A DNA stretch of 44,225 bases from a virus (Duplodnaviria; Heunggongvirae; Uroviricota; Caudoviricetes): the IMG/VR virus record IMGVR_UViG_3300008453_000586, one strand, 5' to 3'. Made by a program: the position numbers and the translations under genes. Below the pieces are notes generated by a model that saw nothing but the letters and a program-made list of their open reading frames with translations, was not told where the DNA came from and did no database searches. The first letter of the stretch is position 1; every line of letters starts with the position of its first letter. This document shows, piece after piece, positions 17,136 through 27,400 of the stretch.

Positions 17136-18569
17136 ATGATTAGAGTAGACACAAGCGATTTTTCATATTTAGGGGATACGTATCAGATTAAGCTGATAGC
17201 GCAAATACTTAGCGATAGAAAATTTGCTAATTCAATTTTGGACATTGTAAGTCCAAACTATTTTAAAGACCCAGCTCTAAAAACTATTGTAGCAGCTATT
17301 AAAGATGCTAAAACGATTGATGAAGTTAACCTAGATATTCCAAGTTTAGAGATTAGACTATACGATGGAATTAAATCAGACATGGTTCTTAAACAAATTG
17401 GTAGACAACTTAGAAAAATAGAAGAAAGTGATTTAAACGATTCTTTAAAAATACAAGAAATCGCTATGAATTTTTGTAAGTACAAAGAAGTTAAGAAAAC
17501 AATCGAAGAGATTTCTAAAATCATTGATAGAGGCGACATCAATGATTATCACGAATGTGAATCAAAGCTCCGTAAAGCTTTGGAACACGGTGATATGAAA
17601 GATGATGGTATGGATATCTTTGACAACATTAAAGACGTTCTTATAGACGATTTCAGAAAACCAATACCAACTGGTATTAAAGGGTTGGATGAAATTATGG
17701 ATGGTGGTTTATCAAAAACAGAGTTAGGTGTTATATTAGCACCGTTTGGTGTTGGTAAGACAACCATGATGACCAAATTAGCCAACACAGCGGTTAACAT
17801 GGGTTATAAAGTTTTACAAATCTTTTTTGAAGACAACCCTAAGGTAATTCAAAGAAAACATTTATCTTGTTGGTCAAACCACGACTTGAATAATTTGTCT
17901 TTACATAAAGAAGAGATTTATGAAATGGCAGCCAAAATGGATGCTGAAATCAAAGCTAAAAAAGGTGGGTTAAAACTTAAAAAGTTTTCAAGTGATGGTA
18001 CAACCATCCCAGTTATTAGACAATACATCAGAAAATTAACAGCACAAGGTTTTAAACCAGATATGGTGTTGTTGGATTATATTGATTGTGTTGAACCATC
18101 AAGAAAATTTGATGATATAAACGCTGGTGAAGGTAGTGTGATGAGACAATACGAAAGTATGTTATCAGAATTAGACATTGCTGGTTGGACCGCAGTACAA
18201 GGTAATAGAACATCTATTGGTGCTGACGTAGTTCACGCTAACCAAATGGGTGGTTCTATCAAAAAAGGACAAATTGGCCACTTCATCGTGTCAATTGCCA
18301 AAACACTAGACCAAAAAGAAAACGGAACAGCAACTATGGCTATTCTTAAATCTCGTTTTGGTAAAGATGGCGTTGTGTTTGAACACATTAGATTTGATAA
18401 CGCTAGTATTCAAATTGATATGGGAGATAGCAAAGGGGCTAGAACCAATAGTGAACACAAACAAGACAAAGCAGAATTTAGTCAAAAAAGAATTAATGAG
18501 GTTATGGGTAACCGAACTAATATATTGAATACGGATATACTTAATTCAATAAAATTAACAGAAGAATAA
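17136..18569 (+). CDS. dnaB: Replicative SF4 helicase (DnaB / T4 gp41-like)
   Basis: IPTGIKGLDEIMDGG, Walker A APFGVGKTT, FFEDN, LLDYID, TAVQGNR, GGSIKK, ILKSRFG motifs. Confidence 0.93.
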   Translation: MIRVDTSDFSYLGDTYQIKLIAQILSDRKFANSILDIVSPNYFKDPALKTIVAAIKDAKTIDEVNLDIPSLEIRLYDGIKSDMVLKQIGRQLRKIEESDLNDSLKIQEIAMNFCKYKEVKKTIEEISKIIDRGDINDYHECESKLRKALEHGDMKDDGMDIFDNIKDVLIDDFRKPIPTGIKGLDEIMDGGLSKTELGVILAPFGVGKTTMMTKLANTAVNMGYKVLQIFFEDNPKVIQRKHLSCWSNHDLNNLSLHKEEIYEMAAKMDAEIKAKKGGLKLKKFSSDGTTIPVIRQYIRKLTAQGFKPDMVLLDYIDCVEPSRKFDDINAGEGSVMRQYESMLSELDIAGWTAVQGNRTSIGADVVHANQMGGSIKKGQIGHFIVSIAKTLDQKENGTATMAILKSRFGKDGVVFEHIRFDNASIQIDMGDSKGARTNSEHKQDKAEFSQKRINEVMGNRTNILNTDILNSIKLTEE

Positions 18570-18588
18570 CAAACAAAAAATTAACAAC

Positions 18589-19542
18589 ATGTATTTAAAA
18601 GACAGTACACTAAAAAAAAGGTATTCCATTTTCCCAGTCATACATAATGACTTGTGGCAGATGTATAAAAAAGCCGAAGCTCAAACATGGGTTGCGGAAG
18701 AAATAGATTTAAGCAAGGATGATTTTGATGGGTTGAAAGATGCTGAAAAAATTTATCTAAAAAATATTTTAGCATTTTTTGCTATATCAGATGGTTTGGT
18801 TATAGACAACCTAGCCACAAACTTCTTAAATGAAGTTGAATTATTAGAAGCCCAATACTTCTACGGACATCAAACATTTATAGAACAAGTTCATGCGAAT
18901 GGTTATTCTTTGTTGATTGAAACATACATAAAGAACCTTATTGAAAGAGATGAATTATTTAATTCTATGGAAAATAACCCTGCGGTTGCTAAAAAAGCTT
19001 CATGGGCTGAGGATTGGATTCATCACCCATCTTTTGGTCACAGACTTGTGGCTTTTGCGTGTGTTGAAGGAATTTCATTTGCTAGTGTGTTTTCTGGGGT
19101 GTTTTGGTTTAGAAGCAAGAATAAAATGCCTGGTTTGGGTGGTATGAATGAATTAATCCTTAGAGATGAAACATTCCACTATGAGTTTGCACTTAACCTA
19201 TACAAAAATTATTTGAAAGATGATTATAAGCTTTCAAAAGAAGAATTAAGAAATATCATTTTAGGGTGTTACGAAATTGAAAAGGTTTTTGTTGAAGATA
19301 GCATGCCAGATGGTTTACAAGGTATGACCAAAGATGATATGATTCGTTATGTGCAATACGTAACAGATATCGTTCTTAACGATTTCGGTTGTGATTTAGA
19401 ATTCAATGTGACAAACCCGTTGGATTACATGGCCAGAATTGGTTTATCTGCAAAAAACAATTTTTTTGAGAAAAGAGATGGTGAATACACAAGAGTTGAA
19501 ATACCTACAACTACTGATGGTATGTTTGATGAAGACTTCTAA
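18589..19542 (+). CDS. nrdB: Ribonucleotide reductase class Ia beta subunit
   Basis: W.AEEIDLSKD, FFAISDG, EQVH..GY (iron ligands plus radical Tyr), VEGISF, RDETFH, NFFEKR..EY motifs. Confidence 0.97.
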   Translation: MYLKDSTLKKRYSIFPVIHNDLWQMYKKAEAQTWVAEEIDLSKDDFDGLKDAEKIYLKNILAFFAISDGLVIDNLATNFLNEVELLEAQYFYGHQTFIEQVHANGYSLLIETYIKNLIERDELFNSMENNPAVAKKASWAEDWIHHPSFGHRLVAFACVEGISFASVFSGVFWFRSKNKMPGLGGMNELILRDETFHYEFALNLYKNYLKDDYKLSKEELRNIILGCYEIEKVFVEDSMPDGLQGMTKDDMIRYVQYVTDIVLNDFGCDLEFNVTNPLDYMARIGLSAKNNFFEKRDGEYTRVEIPTTTDGMFDEDF

Positions 19543-19555
19543 TTAAAATATAAAT

Positions 19556-21712
19556 ATGAAAATACAAAAAAGAGACAAATCGACACAGGCTTTTACGCCT
19601 AACAAAATTTTAACGAGAATCAAAACACAAGCCAAAGGTTTGAAAATTGACTCTGACGTTTTGTTCCAAGAGGTTATTCCATTGATTACGGATAACATCA
19701 CTACAACTGAAATCGACGAGATTATCGCTTTCAAAGCTGCTGATAAAATTATACAACACCCAGACTATTCATTGCTGGGTGGTCGTATTTTATTAAGTCG
19801 CCAATCAAAATTAATAGGTAAAGAATTACAGCCAGTAGATTTAACTTACGACTTCTTTGCCGCTACAACTTTTTTGAGTAAATACTCAATGAGAGATGAA
19901 AAGAAAACTCCATTAGAATTACCTTCATGTATGTACGAAAGAGTAGCTACGCATTTACATGAAGATAATGAAGCTGATAGATTAGAGCTATTAGAAGAAT
20001 TAAAATCAAAAAGAGGTAACTTTGCTACACCAACATATACAAACGCTGGTATACCTAAAAGAAACGGTATGATTAGCTGTAACCTTACACATTTAGAAGA
20101 TGATTCATTTGAAGGTATCGAAGAAACCCTTAAGAAGATTTCCTCGGCATCTAAAGAAGGTTCTGGTATTGGGTTATTAATTGACCCACTTCGTAGCAAA
20201 GAAAGCATTGTAGAATCTTTTCAAGGCAATGCAGGTGGTGTGGTTAGATTAGCTGATATGGTGCAATCTAAAATGAGATTCTACAAACAAGGTTCTCGTT
20301 CTGGAAGTTGTGCATTGTATTTGTCATTATGGCATAGAGACATCATAGATTTCTTAGAATTAACATTACCTATTGGTTCTGCTGAATTAAGAACAAAAGA
20401 TTTGTTCACTTCAATCATCGTAAACGACTTGTTTATGGAAAAATTAGAGAAAGGTGAGGATTGGTATTTGTTCTGCCCTAATGACATTAAAAAAGCTGGT
20501 TTAAAACCGTTATACAACTTACATGGTGAGAAATTCAACGCTGAATATCAAAAAGCAGTTGATTTAGGGTTGGGTAAAAAAGTTAACCCTAAAGATATTT
20601 TTGACGCTATTGTTAAATCACAAGTTGAAAGTGGTAGACCTTATGTAATGTTCAAAGACAACGCGAACAAACGTAACATGCAAGATAACATAGGCCCTAT
20701 TAAACAATCAAACTTGTGTATTGAAGTAATGCAAGCGTCTAAACCAAAATACACGCCACAATGTACTTTAGCGTCAGTTAATTTGGCCGAACACGATACG
20801 TTGGAGACTATTGCGCAAACAACTAGAGTATTGGTTAAAGCTCTTAATCAAGTAATTGATAAAAACAAATGGAGTGATAGTTGGAGTGAGAAAGCTGGTA
20901 TGGACCAAAGAGCTTTGGCTATTGGTGTTGCTGGTTTGGCCGATTTCTTCGCCAAAAAGAAAATTTCTTTTGAAAGTGAAGAAGCTAAACAATGGAATAA
21001 TGATATATTCGAAACAATGTATAAAACTGCTGTTATTGAATCTATGTTATTGGCTGAAGAAAAAGGTGAAAACTATCCAGCGTGGGAAGGCAGTCGTTAT
21101 TCAAAAGGTGAAACATACATAGAAGGCTGGTCACCAAAAGCAGTAGGAGAAGCGATTCCAATGTATAACAGTTTATTGTTAGGATTGATGCCAACAGCGT
21201 CGTCAGCGATTTTGTTAGGTGTGTTTGAATCTTTTGAACCAGCCACAGCTAACTTGTTTACAAGAAGAGTAGGTCAAGGTGAGTTTTTGGTTGTTAACAA
21301 ATATTTGGTTAATGAACTAATTGAAAATAATCTTTGGACTTCAACTATTATTGACAAAGTTATTAAAAACCAAGGTAGTATCCAAAACATTGTGGAAATA
21401 CCAGAAGAAATAAGATTTAGATACAAAGATGTTTGGGAAATTTCTCAAAGAGTATTGTTAGATTTGTCAATTATCAGAAACAAATATGTTGACCAATCAC
21501 AATCATTAAACGTATATCATTCTGATGCAAAATACGGTAAAATAGCCAGCGCACTTATGTATGCTTGGAAAGGTGGTTTAAAAACTGGTGTTTATTATAC
21601 TAGAACTAAATCAAAATTAGAAGCAAATTCAAAACTAGCTAGTAGCCAAATTGCAAATCAACCTGAAAAACCAAAAGATAGTCAGTTTGAGTGTTTCGGT
21701 TGCTCAGCTTAA
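19556..21712 (+). CDS. nrdA: Ribonucleotide reductase class Ia alpha subunit with N-terminal ATP-cone
   Basis: KRD ATP-cone start, ATPT, SCNL, QSNLCIE, CTLASVNL, MPTASS, VYY and C-terminal CxxC (ECFGCSA). Confidence 0.97.
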   Translation: MKIQKRDKSTQAFTPNKILTRIKTQAKGLKIDSDVLFQEVIPLITDNITTTEIDEIIAFKAADKIIQHPDYSLLGGRILLSRQSKLIGKELQPVDLTYDFFAATTFLSKYSMRDEKKTPLELPSCMYERVATHLHEDNEADRLELLEELKSKRGNFATPTYTNAGIPKRNGMISCNLTHLEDDSFEGIEETLKKISSASKEGSGIGLLIDPLRSKESIVESFQGNAGGVVRLADMVQSKMRFYKQGSRSGSCALYLSLWHRDIIDFLELTLPIGSAELRTKDLFTSIIVNDLFMEKLEKGEDWYLFCPNDIKKAGLKPLYNLHGEKFNAEYQKAVDLGLGKKVNPKDIFDAIVKSQVESGRPYVMFKDNANKRNMQDNIGPIKQSNLCIEVMQASKPKYTPQCTLASVNLAEHDTLETIAQTTRVLVKALNQVIDKNKWSDSWSEKAGMDQRALAIGVAGLADFFAKKKISFESEEAKQWNNDIFETMYKTAVIESMLLAEEKGENYPAWEGSRYSKGETYIEGWSPKAVGEAIPMYNSLLLGLMPTASSAILLGVFESFEPATANLFTRRVGQGEFLVVNKYLVNELIENNLWTSTIIDKVIKNQGSIQNIVEIPEEIRFRYKDVWEISQRVLLDLSIIRNKYVDQSQSLNVYHSDAKYGKIASALMYAWKGGLKTGVYYTRTKSKLEANSKLASSQIANQPEKPKDSQFECFGCSA

Positions 21713-21733
21713 TTTTCATTTTTCATTTTTCAT
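21713..21733. repeat. TTTTCAT x3 microsatellite just after the nrdA stop
   Basis: Three exact tandem 7-mers at 21713-21733. Confidence 0.6.
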
Positions 21734-21740
21734 TTTAAAA

Positions 21741-21766
21741 GGGTCTTAAATAGGGGCCCTTTTTTT
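21741..21766 (+). terminator. Rho-independent terminator closing the replication/RNR module
   Basis: GGGTCTT-AAATA-GGGGCCC (three G-U pairs) plus T7, preceded by A4. Confidence 0.8.
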
Positions 21767-21773
21767 ATTTCAC

Positions 21774-21810
21774 ATATTTACTTATAAAAATACTTTATTA
21801 TAATATTTAT
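21774..21810 (+). promoter_or_regulatory. Tandem late-promoter-like motifs (ATATTTAC at 21774, ATATTTAT at 21803) opening baseplate block II
   Basis: Immediately downstream of the terminator and 14 nt before the gp25 ATG. Confidence 0.5.
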
Positions 21811-21824
21811 CAAATAAAGAACAT

Positions 21825-22211
21825 ATGGCAACAGGTAGATTCATAAATATTAATTTCCCGTTTAAAGATAGTAGACAAGGGTTTTTCTTAGATTTAAACA
21901 ACACCGACAACGAAGCAATCAAAGCTGATTTGCTTCACTTATTATTAACCAGAAAAGGTCAAAGGTTATATTTACCAGATTTTGGGACAGATTTATTAAA
22001 ATTTATTTTTGAACCTGAAGATGGTATTACGTTTGAAGCGGTTAAAAGCGAAATAAGCAACGAAATTCAAAGATACTTACCTAACCTTCAGATGGATGAA
22101 TTATTGATAGAGGAGTCTCCAGATAACGAATACGCTGTTGTTGTAACAATACAATACACAATAACTGATGGGGTTTTTGAATCATCAGACATTTTAACAA
22201 TAAATTTATAA
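21825..22211 (+). CDS. Baseplate wedge subunit, T4 gp25 / P2 gpW-like
   Basis: AIKADLLHLLLTRKGQRLYLPDFGTDL..FIFEP signature; 128 aa; upstream of a gp6-like gene. Confidence 0.93.
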   Translation: MATGRFININFPFKDSRQGFFLDLNNTDNEAIKADLLHLLLTRKGQRLYLPDFGTDLLKFIFEPEDGITFEAVKSEISNEIQRYLPNLQMDELLIEESPDNEYAVVVTIQYTITDGVFESSDILTINL

Positions 22212-22218
22212 TTTTATT

Positions 22219-24039
22219 ATGGCAAATACAGGAATAAATTACGCATCTAGAAACTATGCCGATATTAGAGCTGGGTTGGTAGATATGGTAAAACAATATT
22301 ACCCAGAGGTACTTAGCGATTTTAATGACGCATCAGTTGGTATGATGTTGTTGGAGCTAAATGCAGCTGTTGGAGACATGTTATCGTATAACACCGATAG
22401 AATGTTTCAAGAAACACAAATTGATTACGCAAAAGAAAGAAAATCAGTATTGTCAATGGCTAGAACTTTTGGTTTAAAAATTCCAGGAAAACGTCCAAGT
22501 GTAACAATCGTTGATTTCAGCGTTACACTACCAGTTTTAGGCGATACTTTCGATGTGTCTTATGCTCCACTACTTAGAGCTGGTTCCCAAGTATCTGGTG
22601 GTGGTAAAATTTTTGAAACAACTAACGATATTGATTTTAGTAACCCATTCAATGTGAATGGTATTCCAAATAGAATTATTTTACCAAACTTTAATTCCAA
22701 CGGTGTATTGTCAAACTATACAATAACCAAAAGAGAAATAGTAACTAACGGTTACACGAGAACCTACAAAAAAGTAATAAATATCAACGATGTTAGACCG
22801 TTTTTCGAAATAGTATTACCAGAAAACAATGTAATTTCAATAGAATCAGTAATCACACTTGATGGTACAAACTTTAACACAGAACCTTCATTTAGTCAAT
22901 TTTATAATTTTGACAACAGATGGTTTGAAGTTGATGCATTGGCTGAAAATAAAGTTTTTATTGAAGATTATTCTAAAATAACAGATAATTCTGGTGTAAA
23001 ACCAGGAAAATGGGTAACCATAACAAAAAAATTTATTAGCGAATATACAGATTTAGGGTTCAAAAAATTAATATTTGGGGCTGGTACTAAAGATACATCA
23101 AGTCTTTGTGATTTTGATACAAATATTCCTTTGGTTAATCAAATTGGTAATATTATCAACAACAGCTCGTTAGGTGAAACACCAACAGCCAATACAACAA
23201 TGTATGTTAAATATAGAATTGGTGGTGGTTCAGATACAAACGTCGGACCAAATGTTTTAAGAAATGTTGGAATTATTAATATGAGTGTAAATGGTAGTAA
23301 TCAATCAATTAACGCTGCTGTTAGAAATTCATTAACAGTTAACAACGCGTTTCCAGCGTTAGGTGGTAGAAATGAACCAAGCGTTGAAGAAATAAGATAT
23401 ATGGTTAAATATAATTTCTCAGCACAAAACAGAGCGGTAACTATAAAAGATTATCAATCTAGAATAGGTCTAATGCCAGGTCAATTTGGTGTTCCATTCA
23501 GATGTGGTGTTTTCGAGGAACAAAACAAAGTAAAAGTTTATGTTATGGGGTTAGATGCTTCAAGTAAATTAAGTAATGAATCAACTAGCGCTCTTAGAGA
23601 AAACATAGCAACATATTTGTCAGATTATAGAATGTTAAACGATTATGTTTCAATTAGCAACGGTAAAATTATTAATTTAGGTTTTGAGATTGATTTATAC
23701 GTTGACAAAAAAATGCCACAATCACAAATTATTACAGAAGTAATTACAAACGTTAAAGATTATATGGATATCAATAAATTTGATATGGGTGATAATATTT
23801 ATCTTTCACCGTTAATTGAAACGATTAACAACGTTGGTGGTGTACTTAATGTTATTGACCTTAGAGTGTATAATAAAGTTGGTGGTGGTAAATATAGTTT
23901 AAATGAGATTTCACAACCTTATTTAGATACAGAAACTAGACAAGTAGATATCAGTGGTGACTACACTATTTTTGGTGAACCAACATCAATGTTTGAAATA
24001 AAATTTCCAAACATGGATATCATGGTTAGAGTTAAATAA
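22219..24039 (+). CDS. Baseplate wedge subunit, T4 gp6 / P2 gpJ-like
   Basis: DFNDASVGMMLLEL.A.VGD.LSY..D; LIFGAG; YRIGGG..NV; GG..E.SVEEIR; AQNRAVTIKDY motifs. Confidence 0.92.
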   Translation: MANTGINYASRNYADIRAGLVDMVKQYYPEVLSDFNDASVGMMLLELNAAVGDMLSYNTDRMFQETQIDYAKERKSVLSMARTFGLKIPGKRPSVTIVDFSVTLPVLGDTFDVSYAPLLRAGSQVSGGGKIFETTNDIDFSNPFNVNGIPNRIILPNFNSNGVLSNYTITKREIVTNGYTRTYKKVININDVRPFFEIVLPENNVISIESVITLDGTNFNTEPSFSQFYNFDNRWFEVDALAENKVFIEDYSKITDNSGVKPGKWVTITKKFISEYTDLGFKKLIFGAGTKDTSSLCDFDTNIPLVNQIGNIINNSSLGETPTANTTMYVKYRIGGGSDTNVGPNVLRNVGIINMSVNGSNQSINAAVRNSLTVNNAFPALGGRNEPSVEEIRYMVKYNFSAQNRAVTIKDYQSRIGLMPGQFGVPFRCGVFEEQNKVKVYVMGLDASSKLSNESTSALRENIATYLSDYRMLNDYVSISNGKIINLGFEIDLYVDKKMPQSQIITEVITNVKDYMDINKFDMGDNIYLSPLIETINNVGGVLNVIDLRVYNKVGGGKYSLNEISQPYLDTETRQVDISGDYTIFGEPTSMFEIKFPNMDIMVRVK

Positions 24040-24067
24040 TAACCTTTCCTTATTCATAGATAATAAC

Positions 24068-24075
24068 TATATTTG
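24068..24075 (+). promoter_or_regulatory. Bacteroidota-type -7 element TATATTTG upstream of the 127-aa membrane protein
   Basis: Intergenic exact motif; TTT(C) at 24045-24048 occupies the -33 position (20-nt spacer). Confidence 0.55.
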
Positions 24076-24103
24076 TGAATAACAAGTAAATAAAAAAGTT
24101 AAT

Positions 24104-24487
24104 ATGGGATGTGGATGTAACACTAAAAACGCTAAAAAAACAAGTGCGTTAGGGCCAATTGAAATTTCAAAAATAGACGGATTAGACATAATTGTAAAAA
24201 TTATTACAAAAACATTAGGATTTTCATTGGCGGTTTTACTGATGCCAATTATAAATGCTTTTGTTCTTTGGTTTATGTTTGAAATGTTAGTTTTAAATAA
24301 ACAAGTAGATTTAAAAAAATTAATTGCTGGTGTATCAAGTAAACTCTCATTCATGAATGAGAGTTTTGACCCTTTTGATAACGAAGATGATGAAGAAGAA
24401 ATTTACGAAGATGATGAAGAATTCGATGAAAACGAATTTGAAGCGGTAAACGTCGAAGATATAACAGAAATAAGTAATGTCAAATAA
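24104..24487 (+). CDS. Small membrane protein: N-terminal MGCGC, hydrophobic segment, highly acidic C-tail
   Basis: Hydrophobic stretch LGFSLAVLLMPIINAFVLWFMFEMLVL; tail DNEDDEEEIYEDDEEFDENEFE. Confidence 0.75.
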   Translation: MGCGCNTKNAKKTSALGPIEISKIDGLDIIVKIITKTLGFSLAVLLMPIINAFVLWFMFEMLVLNKQVDLKKLIAGVSSKLSFMNESFDPFDNEDDEEEIYEDDEEFDENEFEAVNVEDITEISNVK

Positions 24488-27400
24488 AACAATTAGAGTT
24501 AGAACCACACCAGATGGTTCAGATAAATATTTAAAAGTAAAACTAGACCAAGAATTTGATTTTATTGAGGTTCTTTCTTTGAAAATATCACAGGAAGAAG
24601 CTTATAGAAATTTTTGTTCTGATTATGGTGTTGTTGTTGGTAGAGTAATAATTAACAGCGGCTACGGAGTTCCAAATGCCAGAGTTAGTATATTTGTTCC
24701 AATTGATGATGTGGATATTAACGACCCTGAAATAAAAGGTCTATATCCATATGAAATTGTAACGGATAAAGATTCAGAAGGTATTAGATATAATCTTTTA
24801 CCAAGAAATTCAGAAACTGATAATGAATGTTTTACCCCAGTTGGGACTTTCCCAACCAAAAGAGAAATATTAGATAATTCAACTCTTTTAAATGTTTATT
24901 GTAAATATTATAAATTTACAACAACTACAAATTACGCTGGTGATTTTATGTTTTTTGGTTTACCAGTAGGTAACCATGCTGTACACGTTGACGTTGATAT
25001 TTCAGATATGGGTATTGCATCTCAAAGACCTTACGATAGTATAAGTCAAGGTTCACCAGTCGCTATGTTTGATAGTTCTACAAAGTTTAAAGGTGGTACA
25101 AATTTAGATAATTTAGTTCAAATAAAATCAGCCAATTCAGCGGTTAATGTCCAACCTTTTTGGGGAGATGTTAATTCTTGTGAATTAGGTATTTCTCGTT
25201 TAGATATTGATTTAAACTACAACATTAGACCTTGCGCTATTTTTACTGGTAGTATTTTTGGTGATAACGAAAAAAATAGTGTTAACAAAAACTGTAGACC
25301 TAGAAGAGATATGGGTGAATTGTGTAAACAATCTACGGGTGAGGGTACTATTGAAATGATTAGAAAAAATATCGATGGAGATATTGAAAAATTAGATATT
25401 GAAGGTGGTAAACTTATTGATGACAAAGGAACTTGGGCGTATCAAATACCCATGAACCTAGATTATCTAGTTACCAACGAATTTGGAGATTTAGTACCAT
25501 CTGAGGACCCAAATAAAGGTATCCCTACCAGAACAAGTGTTAGGTTTAAAATATCCTTAGATGAAACTGGTGGTTTAGGTAGACTTAGAACCAGAGCAAA
25601 ATATCTGGTACCACATAACCCTAACTCGGTTAATGAAATAGATTACGAATTTAGTACAGAAACAAAAGATTCTAGTTTTAGAGACATGTATTGGAATAAA
25701 ATCTATACTGTTTCAAATTTTATTACTAGATTTCAAAGAGCTAACTCGGTATTGGTTAAACCAGTAAAAAATAGAAATATGGTAGCTATCAAAGATATTG
25801 ATAGTTGTGTTGGTGATAAAAATCCATTTCCATATTCAAAAGTTAACACACAATTTAATCCATTATTTTTTATTATTTGTTTGATAATGAAAATTTTGGA
25901 GTTTGTTATTTTTATTATAAATAAAGTTGTTGTAACTATTCTTAACCTTATCATGATAGTTGTTAATGCCATAATCCAGATTATTTGTAGTATAATTAGA
26001 CTTATTAGGCGTATTTGGAAATGGATTTTTGGTAGAAGAAGACCACGTTTACCATCTTTTTGTAATAAAAAATATTGGGTTCCGTGTATTTTTGCAACAT
26101 GTCCATTCGATGATGAAAGTTCAGCTTTGTTTATACCTGGTTGTTCTGATAGTAATGGTAGACGAGAAGCGTTAGTACAAGCTGGTGCCGCTGGTACACC
26201 CACAAAAATTTATGATGATTTATTTGAATTATCAAATTGTGTTGCTTTTGAATTAGCTAGAGCTATGAATTTATTTCAATTTGATTTTTATAATGATTGG
26301 ATAAATGGAACATTATATGCTTATTTATTAAAATATAAAAGACGTAAACGTAGAGAAAAATATTGTAGTAATGATTGTTCTGGTAGTAATTGTATTACAA
26401 AAATAACTTTGGATACTTGTTATAATGGTGGTGGTGATTCACAAAATGAATTAAAAAGTATTGCTTTTAGAGAGGGTGTAATCAAAAAATACAAAGGTGA
26501 ATTTTATTATGCTCCAACAACAAAAGATGGTGCTTTTAAACTATACGCTACTGAAATAACTAATTTAGGTGCGGTATTTAATTGTGATTGGCAAGGTGTG
26601 CCTAAAATACAACCACTGTTAGTACCAACAACATTTAAAATGCCACCAATATTGGATGAGTATGATGAAACTGCAAGGTTTATTGAAACAACTGGTCAAG
26701 TTGATATTGGCGGTAATGAAGGGTTGTTTTTCGACATTAGTTGTGCTGGTTTAACATGTAGTTATAGACAATGTTTAAACTTTAGACATATTTGTGAATT
26801 TGGTGTTGATTTGGATGAAATAGATATAGACCCTAATGGAAACGATATATACCCAGATTATGTTATTGGTTCACAAGAAATTGAAAGCAACAGTAGATTT
26901 GTTAGAGATGTGTTGTTTGGTTTAAACATTTCAACAAACAACATGTTTACCAACTACCCATATTCTACAGATTTTAACCTACCAAATTGTAGTGATTATA
27001 ATTTTGGCGGTAATGAAATCTGTAACCCAAGTCAACCAACAACACAAGCAAATGGCTCTGATTATTTGAAATTTAGAGGTAGTGGTTATACAAACTCTAG
27101 TTTTTCACAACCAGAACATTCATATTATTTTTATTTTGGTATTGTTCCTGGTGCAACAGGGTTAGACCTTATGAATAGTAAATTTTTCACAAGATGCTAC
27201 CCTGAAGTGACCAAAGAGTTTTTGATTAAAATTGTCAGCACTACAGCGACAACTACTGACACATCAACCGATGGTGCTTTTTCGTTCTCAATTATTAATG
27301 GTCTTAGTACAGGTTACACATATACAATTAGTGGACCTAATGCAACATTTATTACTGGAACGGTTATAGAAACACCTACTGGAAATTTAACAACCATTGG

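Noticed and set aside
14366-21712. Inteins or introns in recA, helicase, nrdB or nrdA
   Set aside because: Lengths are normal or compact, motifs are contiguous, and there is no C/S...HN splice signature or homing endonuclease.
21713-21733. TTTTCAT x3 as a phase-variation or regulatory repeat
   Set aside because: It lies in the 3' UTR before a terminator and affects no frame or promoter spacing; likely slippage noise.
77-24039. Bacterial extracellular contractile injection system (eCIS/T6SS) rather than a phage
   Set aside because: The interleaved gp32-type SSB, UvsX/RecA, SF4 helicase and RNR genes plus late-promoter motifs indicate a phage genome.
24104-24118. MGCGC as a eukaryotic myristoylation/palmitoylation signal or bacterial lipobox
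   Set aside because: The context is a bacterial phage and no signal peptide precedes the Cys residues; metal binding is more plausible but unproven.
25733-26203. 156-aa antisense ORF with hydrophobic content
   Set aside because: Shadow of the hydrophobic helix codons on the plus strand; no promoter or start context.
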